Origin: Candidatus Krumholzibacteriia bacterium
GTDB taxonomy: Bacteria > Krumholzibacteriota > Krumholzibacteriia > Krumholzibacteriales > Krumholzibacteriaceae
Assembly (NCBI GenBank): GCA_963836185.1
Contig: CAWIIQ010000002.1
Coordinates: 192,001 to 256,000 of the forward strand
Direction: 5' to 3'
DNA: 64,000 nucleotides
Position 1 is the stretch's first letter. Each line of letters begins with the position of its first letter. The position numbers and the translations under genes are program-made. Below the pieces are notes generated by a model. It worked only from the letters and a program-made list of their open reading frames with translations. It ran no database searches and had not been told where the DNA came from. Below are positions 20,160 to 30,246 of this stretch, one piece after another.

Positions 20160-22211
20160 ATGGATCGAAGGACTGTTTCGTTAGCGGCACTGCTGGTCGC
20201 GGCGGGAATTGTTTTTACGGCGGTCTGCGCGGAAGGTGGAGAGGTACTGAGCGTTGAGAAATTCGCCTCGATGACACGCTGTTCCGATCCGCAGATATCT
20301 CCGGACGGGAAGAAGCTGGCCTTTGTAGTATCCGTACCTGATATAGAGGCTAACAGGAACAGAACGCATATCTGGATCGCGCCGCTAAGCGGTGGCGAAC
20401 CGAAGAAGTTCGTCTCCGGACAGGGGGCCGACTTCCATCCAAGGTGGTCGCCATCCGGGGACAGGATAGCGTTCGTTTCGACCAGAGGAGGTTCGTCTCA
20501 GATATGGGTCATACCCTCTACAGGCGGAGAAGCGGTCAAGTTGACCGATATTTCGACCGGCGCGCACGATCCTGTCTGGTCGCCTGACGGCGGAACGATA
20601 GCGTTCTATTCGTTTGTCTATTCCGACTGTCCCGATGACTCGTGCAATGTGTCGAGGGAAAAGGAGATGAGCGACGACCCTGTGAAAGCGAAGGTCATCG
20701 ACCATCTACTCTACAGGCACTGGGACACATGGAAGGACGGGAAGAGGAACCATCTCTTCATCGTAGACGTGGAATCAGGGGAAACGCGGGATCTGACCAC
20801 CGGGATCGACCGCGATTTTCCTCCCTTCCCCTGGGGCGGTTCGGGCGACTACACCTTCTCGCCCGACGGGAAGGAGATCTGCTGTGTCTCGAGGACGGGA
20901 GAGATGGAGGCGATCTCGACAGACACGGAGCTGTTCGTCATCGATCTCGTATCGGGAGAGATGAAGCAGCTGGGCGGAAATCCGGCGGCCGATGAATCGC
21001 CGGCGTACAGCCCGGATGGGCGTTATCTTGCCTGGCGGGCACAGGCAATCCCCGGATTCGAGGCCGACAGGTGGCGCCTGATGCTCATGGACAGGAAGAA
21101 CGGGGAAACGCGGGAACTCACCCCCGGTCTCGACAGATGGGTGACAGAATTCGTATGGGGTCCGCGGTCGAAGAAGATCTACTTTACAGCCGGTGACGAC
21201 GGCCACAAACCTCTCTTCAGCCTCGATGTGAAAAAGGGGAAGATCACGAAACTGGTCGATCGCTCCAATAACTTCCAGCCGCGGATATCACCCGACGGAA
21301 GGACGCTCGTATTCACGCGAAACAGTTTCGACTATCCTCACTCGGTCTGGAAGATCGGTTCGAAGGGCGGCGATCCCGTCCGGGTAACGGAGTTCAATCA
21401 GCCTGTACTTGAAGAATTAGAGCTCAATACCGCGGAGGACGTCAGATACAGGGGCGCCGATGGAGCGACGATACAGGCGTTTCTGATCAAACCTCCCGGT
21501 TTCGATCCTTCCCTGCGCTACCCGGCGATAATGCTCATCCACGGAGGCCCGCAGTCTGCCTTTATCGACATGTGGCTGACCAACTGGAACGCCCAGACCT
21601 TTGCGGCGGCGGGATACGTGATATTCATCCCCAACTTCCACGGCAGCGACGGGTTCGGCCAGGAGTTCGTCAACTCGATCAGCCGCGACTGGGGCGGAAA
21701 GTGCTACGAGGACATCATGATGGGGCTCGACTGGCTCGCCGAGCTCGACTATGTCGATCCCGGCAGGATCGGGGCGGCCGGAGCCTCTTACGGCGGATAC
21801 ATGGTCAACTGGCTCGCAGGACACACTGACAGGTTCGCGGCGCTGATCTCGATGGCCGGCGCGTTCAACCTTACAAGCAAGTACGGTGTCACCGAGGAAC
21901 TCTGGTTCCCCGAATGGGACCTCGGCGGGACGCCGTGGGACAATCCCGAGGATTACGAAAAATGGAGCCCGCATAATTATGCCGCGGCGTTCAGCACTCC
22001 GACGCTCGTCGTGCATGGTGAGCTTGACTACAGGGTGCCTGTAGGTGAAGGGCTGCAGATGTTCACGGCGCTGCAGAGACAGGGAGTGCCCTCCCGGCTT
22101 GTCTACTTCCCCGACGAGGGTCACTGGATACTGAAGCCGAAGAACAACATCTTCTACTACGGACAGTTTATCGGATGGATGGACCTCTACCTGAAGCAGG
22201 GGGAAGAATAA
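20160..22211 (+). CDS. Exported S9 family peptidase (prolyl oligopeptidase/acylaminoacyl peptidase)
   Basis: Signal peptide, SPDG propeller repeats, HGGP, GASYGG nucleophile, DYRV, EGHW. Confidence 0.93.
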   Translation: MDRRTVSLAALLVAAGIVFTAVCAEGGEVLSVEKFASMTRCSDPQISPDGKKLAFVVSVPDIEANRNRTHIWIAPLSGGEPKKFVSGQGADFHPRWSPSGDRIAFVSTRGGSSQIWVIPSTGGEAVKLTDISTGAHDPVWSPDGGTIAFYSFVYSDCPDDSCNVSREKEMSDDPVKAKVIDHLLYRHWDTWKDGKRNHLFIVDVESGETRDLTTGIDRDFPPFPWGGSGDYTFSPDGKEICCVSRTGEMEAISTDTELFVIDLVSGEMKQLGGNPAADESPAYSPDGRYLAWRAQAIPGFEADRWRLMLMDRKNGETRELTPGLDRWVTEFVWGPRSKKIYFTAGDDGHKPLFSLDVKKGKITKLVDRSNNFQPRISPDGRTLVFTRNSFDYPHSVWKIGSKGGDPVRVTEFNQPVLEELELNTAEDVRYRGADGATIQAFLIKPPGFDPSLRYPAIMLIHGGPQSAFIDMWLTNWNAQTFAAAGYVIFIPNFHGSDGFGQEFVNSISRDWGGKCYEDIMMGLDWLAELDYVDPGRIGAAGASYGGYMVNWLAGHTDRFAALISMAGAFNLTSKYGVTEELWFPEWDLGGTPWDNPEDYEKWSPHNYAAAFSTPTLVVHGELDYRVPVGEGLQMFTALQRQGVPSRLVYFPDEGHWILKPKNNIFYYGQFIGWMDLYLKQGEE

Positions 22212-22235
22212 GGCTGGTCCTTGCGATAAAGCGGA

Positions 22236-23555
22236 TCAGTGCGGCTCCGCGCAGATGAGCCACTCCGGTACGGCGGCTATGCCGTACCGCTCGGAATCGC
22301 TGAGGTCGAGTGAGAATACTTCGCTCTGGTACTCGATGACGAACTTCTCCTCGTCGGAAGTCCCGGTGGCGTCGAGGACGACGAGTCTGTTCATCCGCGT
22401 GTCGATCAGGTAAAGATGGTCCCCGAGAACGGTGATGTCTCCCCAGCGGCCGGTCAGGTTGTTCGTTCCTCCGAAGTAATCGAAGAAATCGAACCATTTC
22501 GGCTCCACGTCCCACCCTGATTTGATCCGGGCGACACTTCTTGAGTTGCCGTTGCTGTCGACAGTGATATACAGGAACCCTTCACTGTCTACGCACATTC
22601 CTCTCGGTGAGCCGATGCCGGTATCAAGTGTGAATACCAGGTTGTCCGTGACTTCTCCCTTCCCGTCCCATTCGTTCCAGGAGATATTGTACAGCGGCCC
22701 GCTGCCGGTCGCGATAAAAAAGTCTCGCGATACCGGGTCCACGGCGAGGTTCTCATAGTTCACGATATAGTATTCAGCCAGCAGTACGGCTGGCACCCCG
22801 GGGCATCCGATCGTGTAGACGTTCGTGTTGCCGACAAGCAGCAGCACCCCGCCCATGTTGAACTCTATCTCGCTTCCGGTAAGTACGGGGAGCTCAGCGT
22901 ACTCCGTGAGGATCTTCGTGTCGGGCTCGACCTTGTAGACGTCCGTTTGTGTTGTGACGAACATCTCTCCTCTCGATGAAAAGTCGATATCGCGCAGAAT
23001 CAGGTCTGTCTCCAGCACCTTTTCCGTGGCCCCGGTCGCGGGGTCGAAATCGATCAGGACCGATCCGAGGCCCGTTATCATCGAGGAGGAGGTCGTCGTT
23101 ATGAATACGTGTCCGCCGGGCCACTGGCACGCACTCTCAGGGCTCTCCTCTGTGCAGCCCAGCGCGTTGGCCGTATGATTGAATGTCGTGGAATCGGTGC
23201 CTGACCTGACCCCTGCCATCTGGGCGCCGGCTATCGCGCCCAGCCTGAAACGGGCCGAGGCATAGCCTTCCCTGTCAGTATACATATCCGGAGGGTCGAT
23301 CGCCGCTCCAGGATCTTCCGTGCTGAAGAATACGGGCGCGCCGAAGATCGGATTTCCGTTAAGATCGGTCACCCTGACGACCATCGGTTCAGGCAGGACC
23401 GCACCGACTCTCTCGGTCTGGCGGTTTCCGCTCGTGACCCTGATATTCGTGATGCCTTCGAGGTCCTCGTTCTTGGAATCATCGCAGGAGACGAGGATCA
23501 CAGAGGAAAGCAGCAGGATAAACAATATCGATACGATCTTGTATGCAGTGGTCAT
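22236..23555 (-). CDS. Lipoprotein with Ig-like (Big_1) domain and beta-propeller
   Basis: Lipobox LVSC; SGNRQT...VRVTDLNGNPI...TDREGYASA invasin-type Ig signature; SPRGMCVD NHL-like blade. Confidence 0.7.
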   Translation of the reverse strand: MTTAYKIVSILFILLLSSVILVSCDDSKNEDLEGITNIRVTSGNRQTERVGAVLPEPMVVRVTDLNGNPIFGAPVFFSTEDPGAAIDPPDMYTDREGYASARFRLGAIAGAQMAGVRSGTDSTTFNHTANALGCTEESPESACQWPGGHVFITTTSSSMITGLGSVLIDFDPATGATEKVLETDLILRDIDFSSRGEMFVTTQTDVYKVEPDTKILTEYAELPVLTGSEIEFNMGGVLLLVGNTNVYTIGCPGVPAVLLAEYYIVNYENLAVDPVSRDFFIATGSGPLYNISWNEWDGKGEVTDNLVFTLDTGIGSPRGMCVDSEGFLYITVDSNGNSRSVARIKSGWDVEPKWFDFFDYFGGTNNLTGRWGDITVLGDHLYLIDTRMNRLVVLDATGTSDEEKFVIEYQSEVFSLDLSDSERYGIAAVPEWLICAEPH

Positions 23556-23723
23556 AACAGGACACCATCCTTCGTCAGTATCCCCGGAGCATCGTTCATT
23601 ATCGAGACTCTATGAGAATCAGGCGCCCGCGTCAACGATGATAAGCAAAAACTTCTTTGAACGACCGCCCCGACATATGTAAAGTCAGGGGCAGGTGACA
23701 GATGTCGTTAACAAGGAGGGTGC

Positions 23724-25304
23724 GTGGACGGCAGCGGATTCGCTTACCCATGGATCGTGAAGCGCGACATTGATGGCTTCTTCGGGCTGGCTATAGACAA
23801 TCTCATACAGTTTCTCCTCATCGCGGCGCTCTGCCCCGTCATCGCGGGCATCCCGGCGGAATTCGTGTTTACCAGGATAATGCCCGGTGCGGCGCTCTCG
23901 GTGATCATCGGCAACCTTTTCTATTCGTGGCAGGCGAGGAAACTCGCCGAAAAGGAAAAGAGAGCGGACGTTACCGCTCTTCCGTACGGGATCAACACGG
24001 TGAGCCTCTTCGCCTACCTCATCTTCATAATGGGGCCTGTATACAGAGAAACGGGAAGCTACGAGATGGCGTGGAAAGTCGGTCTGCTGGCATGCTTCGG
24101 CAGCGGCATCATCGAATTCGCCGGAGCTTTCTGCGTCGATATCCTCAGGCGCATCACTCCGAGGGCGGCGCTGCTCTCGACCCTGGCTGGTATAGCGATC
24201 ACCTTCATATCGATGGATTTTGCATTCCAGACATTCGAAAAGCCGCTGATAGCAATGCTGCCCCTCGCGATAATACTCATCCAGTACTTTTCGAAGGTGC
24301 GGTTCCCGTTCGGCCTTCCCGGCGGAGCTGTAGCCCTGGCCGCGGGGACACTGCTGGCCTGGGCGTTCGGGCTTATGGATGCGGGAGCGGTCTCCGGGGC
24401 GGCTGCGCAGGTCGGATTCTACGGGCCGAGATTCGCCGGCGCCGACCTGTTTGAAGTGATGAGGAGCCCCTACCTGTGGAAGTATTTCTCGATCATCATC
24501 CCGATGGCGGTGTTCAACGTCCTCGGATCGTTGCAGAACCTCGAGTCCGCGGAGGCGGCAGGTGACAGGTATGAGACGAGGCCCTCGCTGGCAGTCAACG
24601 GCATAGGCACCCTGATCGCCTCGTTATTCGGCTCCTGCTTCCCCACGACATTATATATCGGGCACCCGGGCTGGAAGGGGCTCGGCGCGAGGACGGGATA
24701 CTCGGTCCTCAACGGTATCTTCTTCGCCGTCGTCGCCCTATTCGGGCTGGTCCGGCTGATCAATACGATCGTTCCTATGGAGGCGGGTATTGCGATCGTC
24801 CTCTGGATAGGGATAATCATCTCGGCGCAGGCGTTTCAGGCTACGCCGAGGAATCACGCGCCAGCGGTAGTGGTCGGGCTGTTTCCCGCCTTCGCCGCAT
24901 GGGGAATCAATCTCCTCAAGCTCGGTTATCAGGGAGCGGGGACGACCCTGTCGGAGGAGGCCGCGAAGGGAGTGCCGATCAACGGATTCATGGGGATGCT
25001 CGCGCTGGAGCGCGGATTCATATTCACATCGATGATGCTTGCCGCGATCAGCGTCTTCCTGATAGAGAGGGAGTTCCGCAAGGCATCGCTCTGGTCGCTC
25101 GCCGCGGCGGTCATGGCGTTCTTCGGAGTGATCCACACATACGAGTTCTCAGGGAACGAGACGGTCAGTGTCCTGGGCTGGAACACCGGCGGGCCATGGG
25201 CATTCGGTTACTTATGCTTCGCCGCAGTTTTCATGGTCTTTTTTCTATGGGAAAGATCAGTCAGGAAACGTTCTGGAGAGGGGCTCGAGATCCAGGATCA
25301 CTGA
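23724..25304 (+). CDS. NCS2-family (xanthine/uracil/AzgA-like) permease
   Basis: DIDGFFGL, TALPYGIN, NLESAEAAGD, YIGHPGWK; many TM helices. Confidence 0.85.
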   Translation: MDGSGFAYPWIVKRDIDGFFGLAIDNLIQFLLIAALCPVIAGIPAEFVFTRIMPGAALSVIIGNLFYSWQARKLAEKEKRADVTALPYGINTVSLFAYLIFIMGPVYRETGSYEMAWKVGLLACFGSGIIEFAGAFCVDILRRITPRAALLSTLAGIAITFISMDFAFQTFEKPLIAMLPLAIILIQYFSKVRFPFGLPGGAVALAAGTLLAWAFGLMDAGAVSGAAAQVGFYGPRFAGADLFEVMRSPYLWKYFSIIIPMAVFNVLGSLQNLESAEAAGDRYETRPSLAVNGIGTLIASLFGSCFPTTLYIGHPGWKGLGARTGYSVLNGIFFAVVALFGLVRLINTIVPMEAGIAIVLWIGIIISAQAFQATPRNHAPAVVVGLFPAFAAWGINLLKLGYQGAGTTLSEEAAKGVPINGFMGMLALERGFIFTSMMLAAISVFLIEREFRKASLWSLAAAVMAFFGVIHTYEFSGNETVSVLGWNTGGPWAFGYLCFAAVFMVFFLWERSVRKRSGEGLEIQDH

Positions 25305-25316
25305 CTTTCAGGGGAT

Positions 25317-25347
25317 AAAAAGGCGCGCCTGCCGTGAGGCAGGCGCG
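25317..25347 (-). terminator. Intrinsic terminator oriented for a minus-strand transcript
   Basis: 10-bp stem CGCGCCTGCC/GGCAGGCGCG, 4-nt loop, T5 tract only on the minus strand. Confidence 0.8.
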
Positions 25348-25440
25348 AGACAAGCAATGATGGGCCCATTTGATGTCAGTTATGTAGTAATCCAAAGATG
25401 TCAGGTCTTCAAGCAACCCCTCGGAACCTATTGCTAATCG
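25317..25440 (-). ncRNA. Candidate ~125-nt small RNA
   Basis: Bounded by a near-consensus sigma70 promoter and an intrinsic terminator, with no convincing ORF inside. Confidence 0.6.
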
Positions 25441-25446
25441 TGAGGG

Positions 25447-25475
25447 AGTATACCATAATCAGCCTTTTTTGTCAA
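25447..25475 (-). promoter_or_regulatory. Sigma70 promoter of the candidate sRNA
   Basis: Minus strand TTGACA-17-TATACT with TG extension. Confidence 0.75.
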
Positions 25476-25538
25476 TATAGATTAACACTAAAGCCAGATA
25501 TTACAACAAGTTGAGTGGTTATACCTACTCCGCCCCGG

Positions 25539-25567
25539 TTGACAATAATCCCCGGTACTGGTATAAT
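25539..25567 (+). promoter_or_regulatory. Perfect-consensus sigma70 promoter
   Basis: TTGACA-17-TATAAT with TG extension. Confidence 0.8.
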
Positions 25568-25711
25568 CCATTCCGACGTTTGAACATACAGCGGTACATT
25601 CCAGATGCCGCTTGAGATCGCGAAAAGGGGGGACACTTTCGTCTTCCCGTTTCTGCATCCGGGGGGGCGGAAGTGCCGGACGCCGTAGTCCGGTCAAGCG
25701 GCTCAACCGAT

Positions 25712-26683
25712 ATGCGGAAAGACAACTCGCCCGTCTTTATCACCTCTGATCCTGCCACGCGGGACCTTCTCGCTGATATCCGCAGAATAGCCGGATTTCC
25801 CGTCCCGGTCCTCGTAACAGGGGAGTCAGGCACCGGCAAGGAAGTCATCGCCAGGATGATCCACAGGTGGAGCGGCAGGGGGAGGGGGCCGTTTATACCC
25901 GTAAATGCCTCTACTCTTCGAGGAGATCTTCTGGAAAGCTCCCTTTTCGGCCATTCAAGAGGAGCATTCACAGGAGCTGTTGCAAGGCATTCCGGTCTTG
26001 CGGCCGCGGCTGACACAGGCACCCTGTTCCTGGACGAAATCGGTGAAATGGATCCCGGGGCCCAGGCAAGACTCCTCAGGTTTCTCGATTCGGGGGAGTA
26101 CCTTCCCGTCGGTGAGAGTGTAGCCAGGAGATCGAATGCCAGGGTGATTGCAGCGACCAACCGCGATCTTCTTTCCGAGATCTCGAGAGGCCGGTTCAGA
26201 GCTGATCTCTATTACAGACTGTCGGTAGCCGTGTTCAGGATCCCGCCGCTCCGGGACCGGAGGGAAGACATCCTCCCGCTTGCCATGCATTTCATCGACA
26301 GCCTGATTTCGGAATTCGCTCTTCCGGCAGTATCGCTCTCCGATGAAGCAGTGAATCTATTGAAGTCATACGACTGGTCGGGCAATGTCCGTCAGCTTCG
26401 AAACGAGATCACCGCCTCGTTCCTGAGAAAAGCGGGCGGCAGGATCGAGATGACGGATCTGTCACGGGACCTGCTCGAAACATCTCTGGAATATTCCGAA
26501 GGATACGGCGGCAGTCTCGATGCCAGGCTCATGAGGTACGAGAGGCGGGAGATGCTCGATGCCCTGCGCGCCGCGGGCTCGAACTGCAGCCGCGCTGCCG
26601 AGATCCTCGGCCTGAAGAGGACGACGCTTCTTTACAGGATGCAAAGGCACGGGATAGTGCTGAGAGAGAAGCAGAAAGACTGA
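25712..26683 (+). CDS. Sigma54-dependent activator lacking a sensory domain (PspF-like architecture)
   Basis: GESGTGKE, GAFTGA, FLDEIG, WSGNVRQL, Fis HTH; start may instead be GTG 25673. Confidence 0.88.
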   Translation: MRKDNSPVFITSDPATRDLLADIRRIAGFPVPVLVTGESGTGKEVIARMIHRWSGRGRGPFIPVNASTLRGDLLESSLFGHSRGAFTGAVARHSGLAAAADTGTLFLDEIGEMDPGAQARLLRFLDSGEYLPVGESVARRSNARVIAATNRDLLSEISRGRFRADLYYRLSVAVFRIPPLRDRREDILPLAMHFIDSLISEFALPAVSLSDEAVNLLKSYDWSGNVRQLRNEITASFLRKAGGRIEMTDLSRDLLETSLEYSEGYGGSLDARLMRYERREMLDALRAAGSNCSRAAEILGLKRTTLLYRMQRHGIVLREKQKD

Positions 26684-26765
26684 TATCGTTTTTCTTGCAG
26701 AAGCCGGGTTCAGGGTCGATAATCATCATATAACCGATCACATTCTGGCACTGAACGATGGAGTT

Positions 26766-27974
26766 GTGAAGATGGCGAATATCAACAAGATAAAAGGCAG
26801 GATAGCGATCCTCACCGGAGGAGGGGACGTCCCCGGTCTGAATCCCGCGATAAGAAGTGTCACGATAAGGGCGATACGCGAAGGATATGAGGTCATAGGC
26901 ATAAGGCATGGATGGTCCGGGATGATCGAGATCGTCCGTGATAAGGAAGCCGACAACAGTAGAAATTACGAATTCCTCACCGAGGCCATGGTCAACAAGA
27001 TCGGCCGTTCGGGCGGCACCTTCCTGCACAGCTCGCGGACCCGGCCTAGCAATGTGCCGGCCAGAAACGTTCCCGATCATCTCAAGGATACCTACAGCGA
27101 CGAGATGAACGACCTGACCCCCGAGGTCCTGAAGAACCTCGACTTTCTCGGTATCGACTACCTGATCCCAATCGGAGGCGACGATACTCTGAGCTATGGA
27201 GTGAGTCTGCATCACGAGGGCGTCAAGGTCATCGCGATCCCCAAGACAATGGACAACGACGTGCCCGGCACCGACTACTGCCTCGGATTCAGTACGTGCG
27301 TCACGAGGACGATCCAGATGACGAACAGTCTTCGTACTTCGGCTGGTTCCCACGAGCGGTTCCTCGTTATCGAGGTCTTTGGCAGGTACGCTGGATTCAC
27401 GGCCCTGCTGCCGACCATGGCAGGTGCGGCAAACCGCTGCGTCATCCCGGAACACCCCTTTAATATGGAGAGGCTGTGTGAACTTCTCGTCGAGGACTGG
27501 ACCACGAATCCGAGCCATTACTCGGTCGTGCTCGTATCCGAGGGAGCCATGCCCGAGGGTGAGGAGATGGTATTCGAGGACTGTGAGCAGGATGCCTACG
27601 GGCACAAGAAGCTCGGCGGCAACAGCGACTTTATATCGAAGAAACTCAAGGAGATCTCCCCGAAATACCATGGCGGGAGAAGGATCAACGTCATCAACCA
27701 GAGGCTCGGGTATCTCGTACGATGCGGCGACCCCGATGCCATCGATTCGATAGTGCCTATGGCCTTCGGCAATCTGGCGCTCAACCTGATCCTGGAAGGT
27801 ACATCCGGGCGCCTGATCGCCCTGAAGAACGGTCGGTACGACAACGTTCCAATAGAGATAGTGACGAGTTTCAAGAAGGTCGTCGATGTCGATCAGTATT
27901 ACAATACTGACCGTTTGCGCCCCTTCTACAAGAGTTTTGAGGCCAAGCCGCTCTTTATAATGGCGAGCGACTGA
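26766..27974 (+). CDS. pfkA: 6-phosphofructokinase (probably PPi-dependent)
   Basis: TGGGDVPGLN, GGDDT, PKTMDND, EVFGR. Confidence 0.92.
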   Translation: MKMANINKIKGRIAILTGGGDVPGLNPAIRSVTIRAIREGYEVIGIRHGWSGMIEIVRDKEADNSRNYEFLTEAMVNKIGRSGGTFLHSSRTRPSNVPARNVPDHLKDTYSDEMNDLTPEVLKNLDFLGIDYLIPIGGDDTLSYGVSLHHEGVKVIAIPKTMDNDVPGTDYCLGFSTCVTRTIQMTNSLRTSAGSHERFLVIEVFGRYAGFTALLPTMAGAANRCVIPEHPFNMERLCELLVEDWTTNPSHYSVVLVSEGAMPEGEEMVFEDCEQDAYGHKKLGGNSDFISKKLKEISPKYHGGRRINVINQRLGYLVRCGDPDAIDSIVPMAFGNLALNLILEGTSGRLIALKNGRYDNVPIEIVTSFKKVVDVDQYYNTDRLRPFYKSFEAKPLFIMASD

Positions 27975-27980
27975 TCCGGA

Positions 27981-28469
27981 TCACAACTTGTATCCGAATT
28001 TTCTCAGGATGTCGTGCCGCCAGGCCTTTCCCTCGTCATCCTCGATGCCTTTCGGCTTCTCCCCGTCTATGACGCCGAGGATCCCCCGTCCCTGCTTTGA
28101 TTCGGCAACGATGACTTCTACCGGGTTGGCAGTCGCGCAGAATATCCCGCAGACTTCAGGCACCGCTTTTACGGCGTTGAGGATGTTGATAGGGAAGGCA
28201 TCCTTCATGAAGATGATAAATGAGTGGCCCGCGCTGATTGCGGTAGCGTTGTTTGTCGCCAGCTCGATCATCTCCTGATCGTTTCCGGAGAATCGGATCA
28301 GGCAGTCTCCTGATGCTTCGCAGAAGGCTATCCCGAACTTGATCCCGGCAGCGGATGATATGGCGGTCTCGTGCAGATCCTCGACAGTTTTAATAAAATG
28401 TGACTGGCCGAGGATGAAGTTGATCTCCGACGGCTTCTCGATCTTTACCGTCTTAAGTTCCATAGTCAA
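27981..28469 (-). CDS. Adenosine-specific kinase family (DUF355)
   Basis: ILGQSHFIKTVEDL, FCEASG, FCATANP, GVIDG, terminal FGYKL. Confidence 0.9.
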   Translation of the reverse strand: MTMELKTVKIEKPSEINFILGQSHFIKTVEDLHETAISSAAGIKFGIAFCEASGDCLIRFSGNDQEMIELATNNATAISAGHSFIIFMKDAFPINILNAVKAVPEVCGIFCATANPVEVIVAESKQGRGILGVIDGEKPKGIEDDEGKAWRHDILRKFGYKL

Positions 28470-28495
28470 CCTCCATCGCTGATTGCAGTGGCAGG

Positions 28496-30145
28496 CTATT
28501 TCTTCTTCTTGTTCAGGCCGTACTGCTTGATCTTATTATGCAGATGCTGCCTCGTCACGTCGAGCAGTTCCGCGGCCTTCGTGATCTTTCCGCCCGTTTC
28601 TTCCAGGGCCTCGATGATGATCTGTTTCTCGACTATTCGTATCTTCTCTTTGAGAGTACCTCCGGCATCTATCGTTCCCAGGACACCGTCGCTGCGGCCG
28701 AGCTGCGGGAAGTGGCTGGCCGCGAGGACCGTCGAGTCTCCACACAGGGCGAGCGCCCGCTCTATGGTGTTCTCCAGCTCCCTGACATTGCCTGGCCAGG
28801 AGCTGGACAATATCATCTTCATCGCGCTTGATTCGATCTCCATCTCACCCTTGTCCATCTTGGCGGCATATTTCTCGAGGAAATGCAGGGTCAGGGGCAG
28901 GATGTCCTCCTGCCTCTCGTTCAGGGGAGGGATGCCGACCGGTACCACGTTCAGCCTGTAGAAGAGGTCCTGGCGGAATCTGCCGGCCGTTATGTCCTCG
29001 GAAAGGTCGCGGTTTGTAGCGGCTATGACCCGGACGTCCACATTACGCACGGTGTTTTCCCCGACTCTTCTTATCTCGCCTTCCTGGAGCGCCCGCAGAA
29101 GCTTCACCTGCAGGGGCAGCGGCATGTCCCCGATCTCGTCGAGGAACAGTGTGCCTCCGCTCGCGGTCTCGAAGAGGCCGGGCTTGTCGCTCACCGCGCC
29201 TGTGAAAGAGCCCTTCTTGTGGCCGAAGAGCTCGCTCTCCAGGAGCTCCGGCGCCATCGCACCGCAGTTGATCGTTACAAGCTGGTTCGTCTTGCGGGGC
29301 CCATTGAAATGTATCGCCTTAGCGATCAGTTCCTTACCTGTTCCCGTGGCTCCAGTGATCAGAACGGTCGTGTCGAACGGCGAGATCTTCCTTATCGTGC
29401 TGAAGATCTCCATCATCGGCTTACTCTTGCCGATGATGCCGGAGAATTCGTACTTCTCGGATAGTACGGCCCTGAGCTCGAGATTTTCCCTCGCGAGGTT
29501 CTCCTTCGACATAATCAATTCGCCGTGGAGCCGGGCGTTCTCGATTGCGATCGCCGCCTGCACGGCAAAGGCGGAGAATATCGGCATGTCTTCCTGCTCT
29601 ATCTCTATGCTGAGCCTGCTGGCATCGGTGTAGATTACACCGATGACTGAATCGTCACGCATGAGGGGGAGGCAGATCGCCGTTTTCAGCTGCAGGTCTA
29701 GGACACTTTCCTGGTCCTTGTATCTGCCGTTTTTATCGATATCGGAGATGAAGAGGGGTTTGCCTTTATCGGCGGCCTCTCCGATGATCGTATGGCTCAC
29801 CTCGAAATCGCTCTCTCCGAGGTTCTGCTGCCTGCTGTCCCTGGCGATCCTGAACTCGAGCTCGCCGGTCTTGTTGCTGAGCATGAGGAATCCACGGTCC
29901 ATCTCGGCGATCTTAATCGTTGAATCGACAATATGCGACAGGAGCTCGTTGAGATTGAGTGTCGAGTTCATCGCCTTGGTGATCTCGGTCAACATCTCGA
30001 GTTTGCGCACCCGGTGCTGGCTGTTAGCTAGCTGACCGGAAAGGTCCTTGCTCTGACGGACAGCTTCTGATCCCTCGAGCTTCTCGAGATCACTTTCCAC
30101 GTCCGCAAAAAAATCTTCAGGTGCATCTTTCTTTTTTGTGCTCAT
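28496..30145 (-). CDS. GAF-domain sigma54-dependent activator
   Basis: GAF (ICLPL...GVIYTD...QAAIAIENARL), GATGTGKE, GSFTGA, WPGNVRELEN, HTH. Confidence 0.93.
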   Translation of the reverse strand: MSTKKKDAPEDFFADVESDLEKLEGSEAVRQSKDLSGQLANSQHRVRKLEMLTEITKAMNSTLNLNELLSHIVDSTIKIAEMDRGFLMLSNKTGELEFRIARDSRQQNLGESDFEVSHTIIGEAADKGKPLFISDIDKNGRYKDQESVLDLQLKTAICLPLMRDDSVIGVIYTDASRLSIEIEQEDMPIFSAFAVQAAIAIENARLHGELIMSKENLARENLELRAVLSEKYEFSGIIGKSKPMMEIFSTIRKISPFDTTVLITGATGTGKELIAKAIHFNGPRKTNQLVTINCGAMAPELLESELFGHKKGSFTGAVSDKPGLFETASGGTLFLDEIGDMPLPLQVKLLRALQEGEIRRVGENTVRNVDVRVIAATNRDLSEDITAGRFRQDLFYRLNVVPVGIPPLNERQEDILPLTLHFLEKYAAKMDKGEMEIESSAMKMILSSSWPGNVRELENTIERALALCGDSTVLAASHFPQLGRSDGVLGTIDAGGTLKEKIRIVEKQIIIEALEETGGKITKAAELLDVTRQHLHNKIKQYGLNKKKK

Positions 30146-30192
30146 CCTGCCGGAACCCCCCTTTGTCCGGTCACTGACCTCTGGGCCTGTAT

Positions 30193-30205
30193 TATCAACA
30201 GGTTA
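30193..30205 (+). promoter_or_regulatory. IHF-consensus site
   Basis: TATCAACAGGTTA matches WATCAANNNNTTR exactly. Confidence 0.45.
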
Positions 30206-30246
30206 CACCGGTCATTATGGTCGATCCTGACTGGGCTGGATCGTAG

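Noticed and set aside
25261-25416. Short minus-strand ORF starting TTG (LLEDLTSLDYY...) inside the sRNA candidate
   Set aside because: It runs through the terminator hairpin into the permease gene; a non-coding RNA is more parsimonious
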